Shown piece by piece: positions 36,982 through 51,703 of a stretch of DNA of 64,000 bases; position 1 is the first letter of the stretch, and each line of letters begins with the position of its first letter. This DNA is from Epiperipatus broadwayi (Eukaryota; Animalia; Onychophora), in the NCBI GenBank assembly GCA_028023455.1, contig JAQFVV010000003.1:13578001-13642000 (forward strand). Reading direction: 5' to 3'. A program made the translations under genes and the position numbers. Below the pieces are notes generated by a model. It ran no database searches. It was not told the origin of the DNA and was given only the letters and a program-made list of their open reading frames with translations.

Positions 36982-39900
36982 GGGCAGACATCTCTACTAT
37001 GTAAAATTATTTTCTATCTCTCTAATTTTATTATCAGAAAGGCTTGTAATATTTTTTTAAAATATACGTTTAAACAGATTGTAAATAAATGAAGAAACAA
37101 ACAAACAAAAAAAAATTACAATATATATATATAGTAAACACACGTTGAAAATATGTTAAGAAATCTAAAAAGATATGATTCCAATCAAGATGTTTAGAGT
37201 GGATATCTTTCCTGATTTCTTTATGTGTGTGCATGGATACTGTTTACATACTGTACATATATATGTTATATTTAATATTTTCATGGTTACACACATACAT
37301 ATATATGTAATGTTATATAAATTTTTAGTTTATATAATTTATTAAAAATGTATTCTTGTGCAAACATACACATTTATAAGTAAAAAGGCAAAACCATTCA
37401 CGAACTGATTGCTCATTAAATACAGTCAGCACTGACATACAAGCAATCCAAATTAACTTCAACACTTTATTCTTTAGCGTATACCACTCATTAACCAATA
37501 ATTGAATGGCTGCGTATGACAAAAATTTCCAAAGTTTACCCAGATGCCCTCAAAAGTCAATTATGTTAAGCAGAATAGCCAACCACTCCACCAAAGGATT
37601 GCAATCCTTTAACATAATTTAATGCAATAGCTCATATGTAGAAATAAAAGTAAATAATGAATTCAACAATTGTATAAAACTGATTTCCTTTATAATATTG
37701 CATCACATTATAGTCATATTTTACTTTTATGTTCAGCACAATACTTCACTAATCTAATTTCAATTTTCACCTGTCTGCAATTTTCTCGAGTTTTCTTGGA
37801 AAATCTGTATGCACAGTGAAAAATCTTTAAGCTCTTATTAGAAGTCTAAGTTAATGCATGACAGTTAATACATTAACTATGCAATAAATTCCTTTGTATT
37901 TAGAGCCACTTTATAAATTTTAATTGGCTATAAAGTTTTAATTCAAAGCATGCTTGTATTCAGTTTTTCATATTTCCAGGAAAAAAAAAAAAAAATAGAA
38001 GTTTTCAGAACAGAGATAATAAATTTAAGAACTAATACATCCCTTTCTGCAAGTGCTAAAAAATCCTGGAAATGCAAGCATGCTCTACATACTAGTAAAT
38101 TTTAATTATTGATGGTTTTCCATTCTTATTTATACTTTTAATTCAAATAACTTAATACTCAATTACTGACTGATACTTGGATGGCTACTTAAAAAAAAAA
38201 AAACGGATGGATAACTCAATATCTCCCCATATTGATTAGAAACACACATCGGGAAAGTTTTAGAATACACCAGAATAGATACGCACAATTTAATAATCTG
38301 GCTTATATAAACTACCCGTTTTCACATAGAATATGCATTTATCCAAACTAAACTGTATGATTACATTTTTTTAATTTTGTTATCGATTACTACTGATTAT
38401 AATTCACAATTTATAGAAGATATATATATTTATTAGTTATAATTCATTGTAGAGAAATTTTATTTTGTATATACTGCATAATTTTTTAAACTTGTCACTT
38501 AAAACTAATCATGAAGGGGAGGTGGGTTGATTAATTTATAACCTAAAGCGATTTCTTGTTTTTCTGAATCATTAGCATGCATTATGATCATTCATGTTGA
38601 AGCCAGAGAGTCTGTAAAAGGGTGGTTAGACTTATTATCATACTCCCCTCTCCACTTAAACATATTTTTCAACATTCTTTGCATATGAATAAGATTAAAC
38701 AAATCTGTTTATACTAGCTGATATCCTTTAATACAATGATTGATCGATGCAGAATACGTGATTACAAATGATAAGCTAATCACTCCGCGTATGTGCGTTT
38801 ATATCGGACCATAGACACTTCGTTACCTGTGCAAAACTAGTTGTTTTTAAGCTTTATTATTATTTTTACATTCCTTCATTCTGAAATATGCTTTATAATT
38901 CAAACACGAATAGTTTATTAAATCTGTTATAAATATTAATGATGACCTGATGTTTTATTTATGAATTATTATTAGAAGAATAAACCTTTTTTTTTTTTTT
39001 TTTTAACTTTCAGTTTTATTTAATCACTGTTATCAAAAATGTAGGTCATAAAAAATGACTATGTTTTTATTTGATTTATAAACATAATGTGTCAATATTG
39101 GATTTTATAAATATCTACAATATTATATTCGGATATACTGCACATTTCTCATGGGCACTCCATTAAAGAGTTTATAAATGGCAAATCTGAAGGATTATAT
39201 GTTACTTATAATACTGTATTTTTAATCTATATATTATACTTGTTATATTAAACTAAAATCTATATCAAATTTCACTTTTCTTCATCTAACAAATTTAAAT
39301 AATAAGAATCTGTATCTTTGTATATTTTTATCATTTTATTTCTATTTTGTCTTATTTTCTATTTTGTTTATCTAGTTTTTTTTTTTTAATGCTTTATTTC
39401 AATTTATTTATTTTGGATAGTGGAATAAAGAAAAATATTGATAGCAATTAATCACAATCATCTCAAAGCCAAAACATAATTCAAATTGCATAAGAAAATA
39501 CAATAATAAGTAATTCTTTATACCAGAATTAGTTTGTGAAGTCCATCTAAGATTTTGATACTGCAATTGATAACTACAAGCAGCACTATTGTTATAATTA
39601 GTTTAGTAAAGGCAACCGAAGTGTCACAAAGCTCTTGGTAGAATGATATAAGCAATTCACTATCTTGTATGCTGTTTTAATAAAAACTTTTATAAATATC
39701 ATAACTTTTCTTTCTTATGATATTTTTGAAATGCTTGCTAAATGTGACTGATGGTAGGACTCTACGAATAATTTAATATATGTACTTTAATTATTATTTT
39801 TAATGTGGCCCTCACATTTTTTTTTTTTTTTAATGCAGTCCTTGGATTACTAAGATAATAATTTTATAATTAGCAGAAAAAAAAAAAAACAGGATCATAA

Positions 39901-40099
39901 TATAATGTTGGATGATGAGTTACTCAGGTAAGTTAATTACAATCATCTCAAAGACAAAATATTATTCAAACAACATAGGAAAAAGCAGTCATAAATTAGT
40001 CCTATATAATATGGTTCAATTTCAACTAGAAATATTTAACTTATTACTGAGGATAATTCACACTGCTTCTTATATGACATAACAACGAAAATTCTTTCA

Positions 40100-42600
40100 A
40101 TATCTATTTGCTCCACAACACTCTGAAGAAGAAAAAATAATCTGAAACTGCAATAAAATTACCATTGAAACCCATAATTAAAGAGAATGAACAGCAGCAA
40201 CAACAACAAAATTGACATGGTGCAAATGAAAACATACTAGACTAGAAAATTTTAAATCATAATCAACAATCATGAAATGCTGCGACTTTCACTGTTGTGA
40301 AAAATGTTACAAGGGTTATCAACATATATAATTCTGTAAATAATTGGTTAATAGCAATTCAATTTTATAGATATTCATTCACAATTAGTTTATGTTTCAA
40401 CAATTCAAAAAAATAAAGCAAAAACTGACAAAATTTGAAGGCAAGACAGACTTCTGGAAATCAGTGATGAATGCCAAACTTTAAAATAGAAATTCTATCA
40501 AATAACATGAGCTTGGAAGCAAAATTAAAGCAAGAGAATGACTATTAGAATTTTAAAAATTAAATGAATTTTTATTGCTAAAACAATTTTTAGGCAGCAA
40601 AAAACAAAAAACAAAACAAAACTAGGCTTATGGACATTCTTATAAAGTTTCCAAAAATCAAAGTACATTCTTAGCATCCAAAATAAACAATGAGAGTTTA
40701 ATATCTAAAGAGGTGGCTAGAAAGCAGATCACAAATTATATATGCATAAACTTTGAGTGAAATTGACAAAAAACTTGTCCAGTATATATCCTAAAAATTA
40801 TAACTATTGCTTTTGGAAATAATTAAAGAGTAATCTGAGAAAAGTTCTATTAAACTGAAACAAGCACAAAAATTAAAATATATATGAAAAATATATATTG
40901 GTAATTGAAATAAAATTCCAAGGTCATAATAAAAACAAAAATAATTATTATAATGCCATTTTCCAAACTATTAAAAATAAAAACAAACTTAGAAAATCAG
41001 AGGTTAACTTTTTAAAAAAATGATGGTCAAAAAAAAAAAAAATAGCAAAAAGTTTACAAAAGAGTTCATCCACAAAGTATCAAATTGGATACTTCTGATA
41101 AAGCCAGACACATAGAAAAACTCTCAATAATGAAAGATAAGAATCTGAAAAGCTTTCACATTATTGCCAAAAATTAAAGACAGCAAAAACTAATTAAAAA
41201 GTTTGAAAAATGTATAGAAAACTGAGGAAAAAACTATGCCAAATAATCTGGAAAACTACTTAAATATTATAATTAATTTATATTCCTATACTAAAAAATG
41301 TCTAGAAACAATGTCAACTATTATACAATATTTTTTGTATAATATGCAAGTAAGAATATGCTGAAAATCATTCAACATAGTTCGAAATTTTACAGTGAAA
41401 GAGCTGTCAAATATACAAAATGATCTGAAGAAATAATTAAGAACAAAAAAATATCATAGCAGTTTTATGCTGGATAATTGAAGATAAAAATATCATAATG
41501 GTGCTATTAGGTATATTGTAGACTACAAGAAGGACTTTGATTCAACTGGCCATGATAAATTATGGGATGTTATTGAAGAAATAGGCAGAGAATCTTAAAT
41601 GCCTACATTATGATCAAAATAAGATATGGTAATATACACTGATCTCATATTAGACAAGATGTCAGTCAGAACTTCACATATTAGTATCTTATCTATTAGA
41701 TAAAATGATAATCAACTTTACAAAAATCATGCAATAATAAAATCCATATTTGATTCTGTATTGTGGGAATAAATATCAATAAATTAAAAAAATATTGGTA
41801 ACTAAAAATGTAAAGGTGCTAAAGATATTTTTTCACATGTGGGATTTAACTTTTGTAATCACATTACTCTAGACACATTTAATAGAATTAAATAATCTAT
41901 GGATGCTAAATGGTAGTATCAAGAGATTATCAGATTAGTTTCTAGTACTGAGCTTCATCAGTAGTAAGTAAAGTTTTATAAACACAATAATTCAACAATT
42001 AGCCCTCTTCTATTCATATTATGAAGCTAATAATTTAAAAATATCCAAAGATTTCAAATTAAAAAAAAACACCAAAAAAAACAACAACCCAATTTGTACA
42101 TCCACAAAGATTTTCATCATTAAATACATATATATTGGGGATTTTTGATTTCTTGAAAAGAATGAAATTATGGCTATATAAAATTATGATGATAGCAATC
42201 ACAAGATTTAGAGATTACTGCATGCTTGAGTGATCATTAAAAAACAAAGATTTTTAAATGAACAGACATATCTTTAAAAACAAAGATCAAAATTGTTAAA
42301 GCTATAGCATTTTGTATAAATTTCCATGAAGGTGAAAAATGGCAATGAAGAAGTATAAAATAGTGTTTTGGAAGATAATAAAAACTTTTTAAAATATAAT
42401 GAATTCAACATAAATGAGTAAGTAGATATTTCATTAAATTTCTTGGAATCTCAAATGACCATGTTGGAATTGCCTTATTTTGATCATAGTACAAGACTCA
42501 AAAAAGAAATGGTGAAAGACAAGAGGACAATGTGCAATCTAAATTACTAAACAGATGAGATTGTTCTGAAAAAATGTCATTTACATGTTCACTAGTAGTA
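40100..42600 (+). mobile_element. Highly degraded RTE-type LINE
   Basis: Clearest remnant is VDYKKDFDSTGHDKLWDVIEEIG at about 41518-41586 (DY.KAFDSV.H.KLW motif). Other motifs are barely readable, so boundaries are approximate. Confidence 0.5.
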
Positions 42601-42859
42601 AACAACTTCAGTATTTAATAATAATAATAAAATTGACTCCTAAAAAACTTTTGAAGAAGGGCATTAAGATCAGAATGATAACTTACCATTATTTTCCTCT
42701 AATCTTTAGCTAAACAATAACATTTCAATTCTGATATTCTGAGAAATGTATATAACATAGAAAATGAAAACAATATTTATATTTATTACGTAAACAATAG
42801 CAATGCATTAACACTATCATTTTTGACTACTATCAATCTACTGCATGATAAAAGTCTCT

Positions 42860-45420
42860 CCAAGTTTAATCAAGTTTCTCTACTCTCTAACCTTTCTTCT
42901 CTACAACTCACCAGCAAACTTCCTTATTTCATCCGTCCATCCATCTTACATGTAATTTTTTTCTAAGTTTTTTACAATTTCTTGGGATACAATTTAAAAC
43001 TTCAATTGACCATTATTATCAAGTCATGAATAACTGTTTAGCCTCTTACCCATATAGTGCATTTTCAATCTCTTGTTACTCCTAACATTATATTTCATCG
43101 AATAATCTATGACTTCTGTATGACTCTTCTGTTAAATGTCTAAGTCCCAGATCCACAAATAAGAACTGGTAAACACATTTATTAAAAACCTTCCTTTTCA
43201 AACATATTGGCATATTTCCTTCTAACATTAAATTATTTCTACCAAAAACATTCCATTCACATTTAATTCTATGATTAATTTTATCCATTATGTTTCCATT
43301 TGTATTAATAATCTGACCACAATATCTGTGGTTAATAATTTCTAATTCATGATTATTATATTTATTTTCTTTTGAGAACATCATTAAATGCTTTTTAGCA
43401 TTTATGTTTAGTTCTACTTTCATATATAAACATTTCCTGAAGTGTTGAAGAATTATTAGCAAAAACAACTATTGCAAAATCAAGATGATTTAAATAATCT
43501 CTATTTTACTTTTATTTCCTTAGCTTCCTATTTTAATCCACAAAATATTTCTTGTAAAACTGCTGTAAAAGGTTTTGGAAAAATGGAATCAGCTTATCAT
43601 ATATCCTTTTCAATGTTAATCTTCTTAGTGTCACTATGTAATTTAATCACTGCTGCTGCATTGTGATAAATATTCTTCAAAATAACAATATCCTGCATCT
43701 ATATTTTGATGACCCAATGTTTTCATTACTTGAAAAATGCTTATAAAATGAAATGCATAATAGCAAGTTCATATTCATTGTTCATTTCTATAACTTTTCT
43801 CAACACTTGTGCTAAATCCATTTTAAATTCAGATTGTTCTTTGGTTGATTAGAATCCAAATTTCATGGTGAATGAGTTGTAATTATCTTGATAAACATTT
43901 TATACAGAACTGATAGAAGACAAATATGTTTGTTATTTTCAATGTTTTCTTTATCACCTTTTTAAAATATCAAAATTACTATTGCATTCTTCCAATCATC
44001 TAGAATATTTTTATCATTTAGATGTTTGCTATATAACTTTGCCATCACTTGCATTTTAAAATATTGATTTTAATGTCATTATTATCAGGAGTTTTTTCCT
44101 TTTTCATAGATTTAATTACATGTCTCAACTCTTCATTTAAAATATTTGCTATTTCAAAAGTTATAGTATTCTTTATTACTATATAATTCTTTATAGAATT
44201 CTTTCTCATATTTCAAGATATCATCTATCTTTTTAGTATCAATTTCATCTTTTCTTCTTATTGCTGAAATAACCTTCCTTCCAATACCAATATATCAGTT
44301 TGCACTTTTAGAACTTTCATTCTCTTTTATAACTTTCCTTCCCAAATTCACAATTATATTTTCTTATATTATTATTAACTCTTTTTCATACCCTTTTACA
44401 AACTCTAGATATTCAATTATTCTTAATGGATCTTTTTTTTAAAAAAAAAAATTCTATTCCTTTATATTTTCTTGTCTTAGTAAAAAATTTGTTGGTAAAT
44501 TGCTACTTTTTTTTTGTACTAGTTAACTTTCTGCAGTTCTTCTTATGAGTATCTTTTATTTTCTTATTTATTACAGTAATATGACCATTTTCAAAGTCTG
44601 TTAATATTTTATATGATTTGTAATTTCTAATTTAACTTCATAGGAGTGTTTCTGAAGATTAGAAATATTAATTATTAATACTGCCTTTCTTAATAATTTT
44701 TCTCTCTAGTTTGGCATTAACATGTATTTTACATCGCACTAATTAATGATCATTTTTTACCTTAAATCTTGAAATACACATTTTCCATTACTGCAAATAT
44801 TATCCAATTCTGCTGCACTGTCCACATCAATATTCATTTAGTATTTTTCTCAAAGAAAGAATTCATAATATAAAGTTTTTATTTCTGCTTCACAAGTCTG
44901 TATCTTTTCATATTTCTATTAGCATAATCAAATTTACCTATAAATTTTTTAATCATATACAAATTTTAAAATTAAAGTCTCTCATGACAATTTTAAAATG
45001 TCATTTACTTTGATCAAAAACATTTTGTATATCCATATAAAAATCCTTTACTTATTCATCACAATGAGAACTTATTGAGGCATAAATCTGAACTATCTGT
45101 ATTTAGTATCTTCCATTAATTTGAATAACTAATCTTGCCATTTTAACTGATAGACCATCAATCTTGTTGACTTTTAATTTATAATAAATTCCACTGCATT
45201 GTGCTTCCAATATTTGTGCCTTTGTGGTAAAGTATATGTTCACTTTTAATTATCTCTTCATATTTTATTCTAACTTCACAAAGTCTGATAATGATCTATT
45301 TAATATTATAGTTCTTCCAATTCATGGAATCTTCTTTCACTTGAAAGTGATATGCAGTTGAAGGTACCTAAATAAAAGGTTGACATTGAATAGTAGCCTG
45401 GATCCACAATAAGAAGACTT
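42860..45420 (-). mobile_element. Near full-length degraded RTE-clade LINE
   Basis: Endonuclease N-terminus FYLGTFNCISLSSERRFHELEEL...IIRLCEVR (~45250-45400). RT region SIFPKPFTAVLQEIF. C-terminal KINHRIKCEWNVFGR...PICLKRKVFNKCV (43088-43468). Confidence 0.8.
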
Positions 45421-48400
45421 TTCCCTCTGTTTTCAGTGACAAATGCCACTTTGGATAGCAACTTTACAGCCTCCTGTCTGTCAAGATTGTATATATGTAT
45501 TAAAAAAAAAATTCACATATATATTCATCTTGCCTTCAAGAAAAACTGATATTTCAAGTAAAAACTATCAAGTAACTGAGAATGAAACTTTAAAAAAAAA
45601 AAAAAAATTCTCAAAAGAGAATCAATCTAAAAACCATTTCCAATACTCTATCACTATCTTAAATAACACATAATATATATCACTCATCATTGCTTTCAGT
45701 TATTTCCATATCTTAGCAAGAATATTGATCTGACTATACCTTTAGATTAGCCAAAGTATCTATTAAGAGTAAAATAATCACGAAGTGTATGATCTAATGA
45801 ACAGAGAGGCCATGTTAAAATATACTGGTGTTTCTTGCATGTAATTATATGATGAAAATATTAATGTAACTGCCAAGTTGTTTTTTTCCTACAAGAATTC
45901 TTCCATGATTTTTCAGCATAGTAATCACAAAATGAACTTTTTTGCACTAAGCACATTACTTATATTTAAAATGTTTAAAAAACAAACAAAATAATAAAAA
46001 TGTTTATAATGCTCCTATTATTGTAATTTTGTAGCATGACATTTGATTTTTATATGGGATGCAGTTATGTGACATATGAACTTTCCTAACATGAAAAGTT
46101 TTAGAATATCAATCTTTTGTTCTCTGTTAATGTTAAGATTCAATAACGTTTGAACCATCCTCACATTTTTCAAAACAATATTTAAAGATATAATCTGAAT
46201 GAATTGAAGATTACCACTTAGGTATGTGATTCTATTATCTGGAACCAAAAGTCTGCAATTGTGATGTATTTACACAGAGCCACGACCATTTCACACAATC
46301 ACAAAAAATCTACAATTGTATTTCACAGCTGAAAGAAGTATAAACTAATTGATATATTATTTTAGATGAATAACAGAAATAAACCTTTTTTATAGTTGAA
46401 AACTGCAAAAAGATGATTTTATTGTTACATGGCATGTTGTCTGTCAATGATCTAGAAGCTGTTATGCTAATAATATCATTTCTATCACATCAGAAAACAA
46501 TCACTTTATTCTGGGTAATTTAATACAATTACAGAGTATGGACTTAAAGAATGACTAGTGCAGTTTTTTTTTTTTAATAATAATCATGTTGAAATGTTTT
46601 GTTGATGAACAACCCAACAAACTATTTTAAAATGCTGTCATTGCAATGATTTGTTTCAATATAAGTTTTACACACTTTTTGTATCTACTACTATTTCAAA
46701 GTAAGCACTGGTATCTGACCACAGCTGATTCTAAGTCTATATTTTTAATGACTACAAGTACCCTCTTAAGACAGTCTTCTCTTTATGAAACAACTGAGCA
46801 ATTTTAGCCACTGATGTTCCAGCTAATCATGGATTAGTAATTTTATTTCTTTTAAACTCGGACAGATTTGATATTTTTTTTCTCATAGGCTTATTAATCT
46901 AACCAACTTCCAGTGAGATAATGCTCATTATCTTAGAGTTCTACCTGTAAAAATATTACAACATTAAGCATTTTCATTTCTGTGGTACATTAAGTTATAA
47001 CTAGAATGTTAATATCTCAGATAATCTATTATTTTGTCAAAGCCATATTTGTTGCAATATATTATAATGGAATATTAAAAATAACAACATCAACAAAATA
47101 ATACTTTTTTAAAAATTGTTTTGTAATTAGGTTCTGTAAAAATGTCACCTCAAATGATTCAAAGTGTATTTTTCTGAGATAGAGTAGTGTACTAATAGCC
47201 TATCTTTATTTCTTTGAATTTTAATGTATATTATAGAATTGCAATAATTAAAAATTTGATTCCTATTTTTTTTAGACTTATTGTTTTGTTTTTTTTTTAC
47301 AAAGAAATATTTCACTAGCATACAAGTTATCAAGAGCTTGTAAAAACATTTTAAGAGAATATATCTATATTTCAAGTTTGATACTTATAAAGAGAAATTC
47401 TCCCACTTTTAAGTGCATCAATTACTTCCTTGATATTCCATTGCAATAGAATAAGTGTTAAATATGTTTTGCTTCTGCTCTTTAATTTGTGCAGTTTAGC
47501 GCTGTGGCAAACATTAAAGTTAACTTCATTGATTGATTCTAAGTTACAAAAATAAAAAAAACAATCTAAGCTTGGCCAACTGAATGCAAAAATTATGCTT
47601 AGTTCATCACTTTGACATTTTAACATAGCATGATACCTTATAAAAACTATATAGTACATTTTTGATTTGAACATTTTGAATGTAATTCATTGATAATCTC
47701 AACCCAATAATGGAGGGACTATTGCTACTGTTATGGCTTTACAGATTTCCTTCTTTGAAGATATAATTATGACTTTGAGATGAGTCAAGTTTGAGAGATT
47801 CTAAACATCAGAGATAGATGAGACACTAGCCTAATTCTCATGTAAGCTGCTTAATCACAGTTTTATTTTCATATATTAGACTAGAGCTTGTTATCCATGG
47901 AAATTCTATCAAAACACCACTCACTAGCAATAAGCTAAACTATAAGTTTTTGCCCTTTCTCGAATTTTATTGGCAATTGTATTTCTATTAAAACAGCAAC
48001 ATGAGAAAGAAGTTTTGTTAAATGGAAATGAAATATCTAAAAATGTGATTATGAAGATTTAACAAAAGGATTTTGCTGAATTAAAAGAAGAAAAAACAAA
48101 TTGTAAATACTATCAATTTATTATTGATTCATTAGTATTAAGTTCAGTATCTGATTTTAAATATATTAATAAATTTATCAGTACATTTTATATCCAAAAA
48201 GTTAAATATAAGTTATACAACATTGTCTGAAACAAGCATATTGCTAATTACAACATACACATATTGTAAACTTCGGCAGGAATGCACGAGTGAAATAACG
48301 ATTTATTAATACTCATTTTAATACAAGCAGTTTACATTAAATTTGGGTTGGAAATTGAGCTCAGCCAATTAATATTAGTTAGATATAGTAACCCCCCCCC

Positions 48401-48534
48401 CAAAAAAAAAGGGACTTTTTTTTTTCTCTTATTCTATAATTCAAAGATTTAAATCCACTAATAATATATAAATATATAAATATTTCACTGCTTTATAAAA
48501 TTCCAAAATTTTGCTAACATATATGGTTAAACAG

Positions 48535-48545
48535 CTATCTGTCTG

Positions 48546-48611
<66 letters not shown>

Positions 48612-48672
48612 CATCCATCCACCCATCCATCCATCCATCCATCCATCCATCCATCCATCCATCCATCCATCT
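48535..48672. repeat. Compound tetranucleotide microsatellite (TCTG)-(TCTA)n-(TCCA)n
   Basis: Directly visible; it explains ORF 48511-48720. Confidence 0.95.
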
Positions 48673-49419
48673 AATATATATAGAATCATTCTTTTTCGTT
48701 TTTACATATACTTAAAATGATATTTAAAACGTGTAATAATCCCATTAACAGTGAGAGGCGTTTAGAATTGGTCGAATATAATACAAACTAAATAGCGATT
48801 AAAATTATTTTCAAGATACATCAACTTTATATACACACAAACAATATTATTAGAATCTCATTATAATTTTTTTTAAAATCGGATTAGTTTATATGATTTA
48901 ACAGTATTTAAAACAAAATCATTTATAAATAAATATATTTTTAAACGAAAGGACTGTTTACTAAATGATAAAGATTTTGTAAGCACAATGAAATGCTTTA
49001 ATTAAATTATGTATATTTTTGATGAAAAGATTGAGAAAAACAAATCAATAATGTTTGGATTTTGGAAACTGACATTTAGGTTTTCTTTTGAAGTTGGATT
49101 AAGTCTAAATAGAAGTCGCTTAAAGTTTTAACATATATAATTATTTTACCGCAAATAACCTTTATTTCAACCCAGTATTTTTAGAAAATTTATATAATTT
49201 AAAAGCTTAAATTTTTAATATTATTGCTTTATTAGATACTTATTATTTTAAATGCGTCATTTTAATACAGAATCGATTGACTATTTATGTTTTCTGAAAT
49301 TTGAGTGTGTGTCATTACTGTTCACTTTCGAATCCTAATGCAGCGGGATGGGGTGGTGGATTTCAGAGATGAAGTTTTGGTGAAAAATGAAAACATTTGT
49401 TTAAGGTTAAGACATATGT

Positions 49420-49488
49420 GTCAAGTGTTGGTGGCTAGCGGTTAGTGCTTCCCGGTCAACGTTTTGACATAAAAAATTAAAAAAAAGA
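49420..49488 (+). mobile_element. Internally deleted tRNA-Gly-derived SINE copy with 13-bp TSD
   Basis: GTCAAGTGTTGGTGGCTAGCGGTTAG-TG-CTTCCCGGTCAACGTTTTGACA plus an A-rich tail. TTAAGACATATGT flanks it at 49407-49419 and 49489-49501. Confidence 0.75.
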
Positions 49489-50504
49489 TTAAGACATATG
49501 TATAAACTAATATAATAACCTATGTAATCGCAAATTTCAACAATAAAGTTTATGTTAAAAATAAAAATACAAAAGCAGCTTAAAGTTGTTGTTGGGGGGG
49601 GGGTAAATTATAATACTTCCATTCTACCCACAGCCATACATGAATAATACAAACCCATATAAATATTGTTTTTAAATCAAATCATGGAATTAAATCTACA
49701 GTTTTCAATACACTGTACCAATAAATAAATAAAAGATACAACTGACTTATATCATGATGGTCTTTCTGAGTAGCATTTAACTCAGGATGGCAATCTATAA
49801 GCTGACTATAACTTCTATCTATTTATGAATATATTGAAAATTGTTATATTTGATATTATACATTAAGTTTTTAATATATATACCCATAAAAAATGTAATT
49901 AAAAAATTAAGAGATATAGCGTATTTACATATGCTTATATTCAAATCTATGAGTGAATATTTGAATGAATTTCCACATATGACTTACTTCTTTTATTGCT
50001 AAATAAATTATTTTTATCATTCAAAACTGTCACTGTCGTTTACTATATTTTGAGGCCATTTTCAACAAAATTTTTATTTAATACTTCCCAGAAACTATTA
50101 GTTAGACAATAATAAAATATGAAAACACTTTCACAAATTTATTGAATAATTCTCAACAAGATGAGGTAATTGTAAAATACTATAACAATTTCATTCTGAT
50201 TGTAACTACATGACTAAATGAATGCTCATTACAATGAGTACTTTTAGTCAAACTGACAATTTATACGGTCACCTATACAAGTAAACATGCATGAAACTTA
50301 TGAACTCAAATTTCTATTTTTTTTTTCACTTAATATTTAATTTTTCAAACTGCAGGTTACCAAAATTGCAAATATATGAAAAATTATGAAAATGATAGAT
50401 TTTAATATTATTTATGTAAGTACATATTCATTACCCAATTTCTGATGGAGATTCATGAACTCTTTAATAATTTTGTATGTTCTAACTTCCGGATGTTTTT
50501 TTCT

Positions 50505-51036
50505 GAGGGTCGTGAGAAAGTCTGAGTTCAAACTCCCTATATATTACATATAGAAGTGCGGGTATGAAAAAAGCCTATATAAAAAAAAATTCATATTTCA
50601 AAATATAGTGCTTTATGGTCTGCCCATCCTTCGTATATGTATGTAAAAGGATTATGTCCTTACATGAGAGGTCAGGGTGACTTGTGGTTAACATGGGTAG
50701 GATGAGAAGGTTGGCACTAAGGTGGACTTTGAGCATTCCATCATCAGATTTTCAATGAAATGAACAGCTGAAGAGGTGTGGGGTGGTGTAGTTTGAAGCC
50801 TGTTCATTAAAGTATGCAAATTAGCTATCTTAATATAAGCTGAGCTTTGATTGTATATATGTGTGGAGATGATAATCTAGACCAACTGACGAGTGCTGGT
50901 CCAGCACAAAATACGTATATTGGTGATTATTTATCTTTTTGAACTGTGTGTGATCAAGTGTATCAATGGTTTGAGATAGTATGAATGGTTGAGGATCGTG
51001 TGAAAGTCTGAGTTCAAACCCCCTATATATTACATA
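50505..51036 (-). repeat. Unclassified interspersed repeat, copy B, with a short terminal redundancy
   Basis: Reverse complement of the 36.6/54.3 kb family. TCGTG(A/T)GAAAGTCTGAGTTCAAAC(T/C)CCCTATATATTACATA occurs at both about 50509-50550 and about 50996-51036. Confidence 0.75.
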
Positions 51037-51355
51037 TCTCTTTCCATAAATTTTATTGCTTTAAGAGTACATTTGATATTCATCAACAGCCAATCAGTAT
51101 TTTTAAAAATACAATGGTATCAGATAATTCAAAAAAGTCATTACACTTGCATTAAAGATAAATGATCTCTTCTGCTTTGTTGAATTAAAAAAAACCCACT
51201 TAACATATTTTTATTTATTTATTAATGTTTAGTGAGACTGAATTCTTCCCAAATTAAATCATGCTTTCCTGACAAAATATAGTGCCAATGCTTTAAATTT
51301 AATTTATAACCCTATGAAAATTGTCCATACTTTCTCTTGTCAAAGTTTTTTCAGC

Positions 51356-51703
51356 AAGTTCATTTTAATTTAAAGTCACAAATTATTTTCCCCACTCAGC
51401 TTCTTTATCTTGTCCAAATGTGATTTTTTAAATTAAATAGGGTTTTCAGATTTCAACAGACAATATTAAACTATTCTTGAACCTGTAGAAGTGACACAAT
51501 AATGATGATAATTGTTTAAGAAAAGACATTAAGAGATTAGTCATTGTTTATTCTCATGTCATCTCATTTTAGGATATCTTCTAATAGGTCTGACATGTTC
51601 ATTGAAATCTGAAAACCCTATTTAATTTTAAAAAATCACATTTGGACAAGATAAAGAAGCTGAGTGGGGAAAATAATTTGTGACTTTAAATTAAAATGAA
51701 CTT
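51356..51703. repeat. Long near-perfect inverted repeat (~100-bp arms, 145-bp spacer)
   Basis: 51356-51456 versus 51602-51703, differing only by about one base in the A/T run. No TSD seen. Confidence 0.9.

Noticed and set aside
47372-47674. 100-aa minus-strand ORF
   Set aside because: No recognisable motif or splice context; probably old TE debris or chance in AT-rich DNA.
48511-48720. ORF with IYLS/IHPS repeats
   Set aside because: Translation of the tetranucleotide microsatellite.
50975-51025. A-box/B-box-like Pol III promoter in the unclassified repeat
   Set aside because: The B-box-like GTTCAAAC is not conserved in the 36.6 and 54.3 kb copies.
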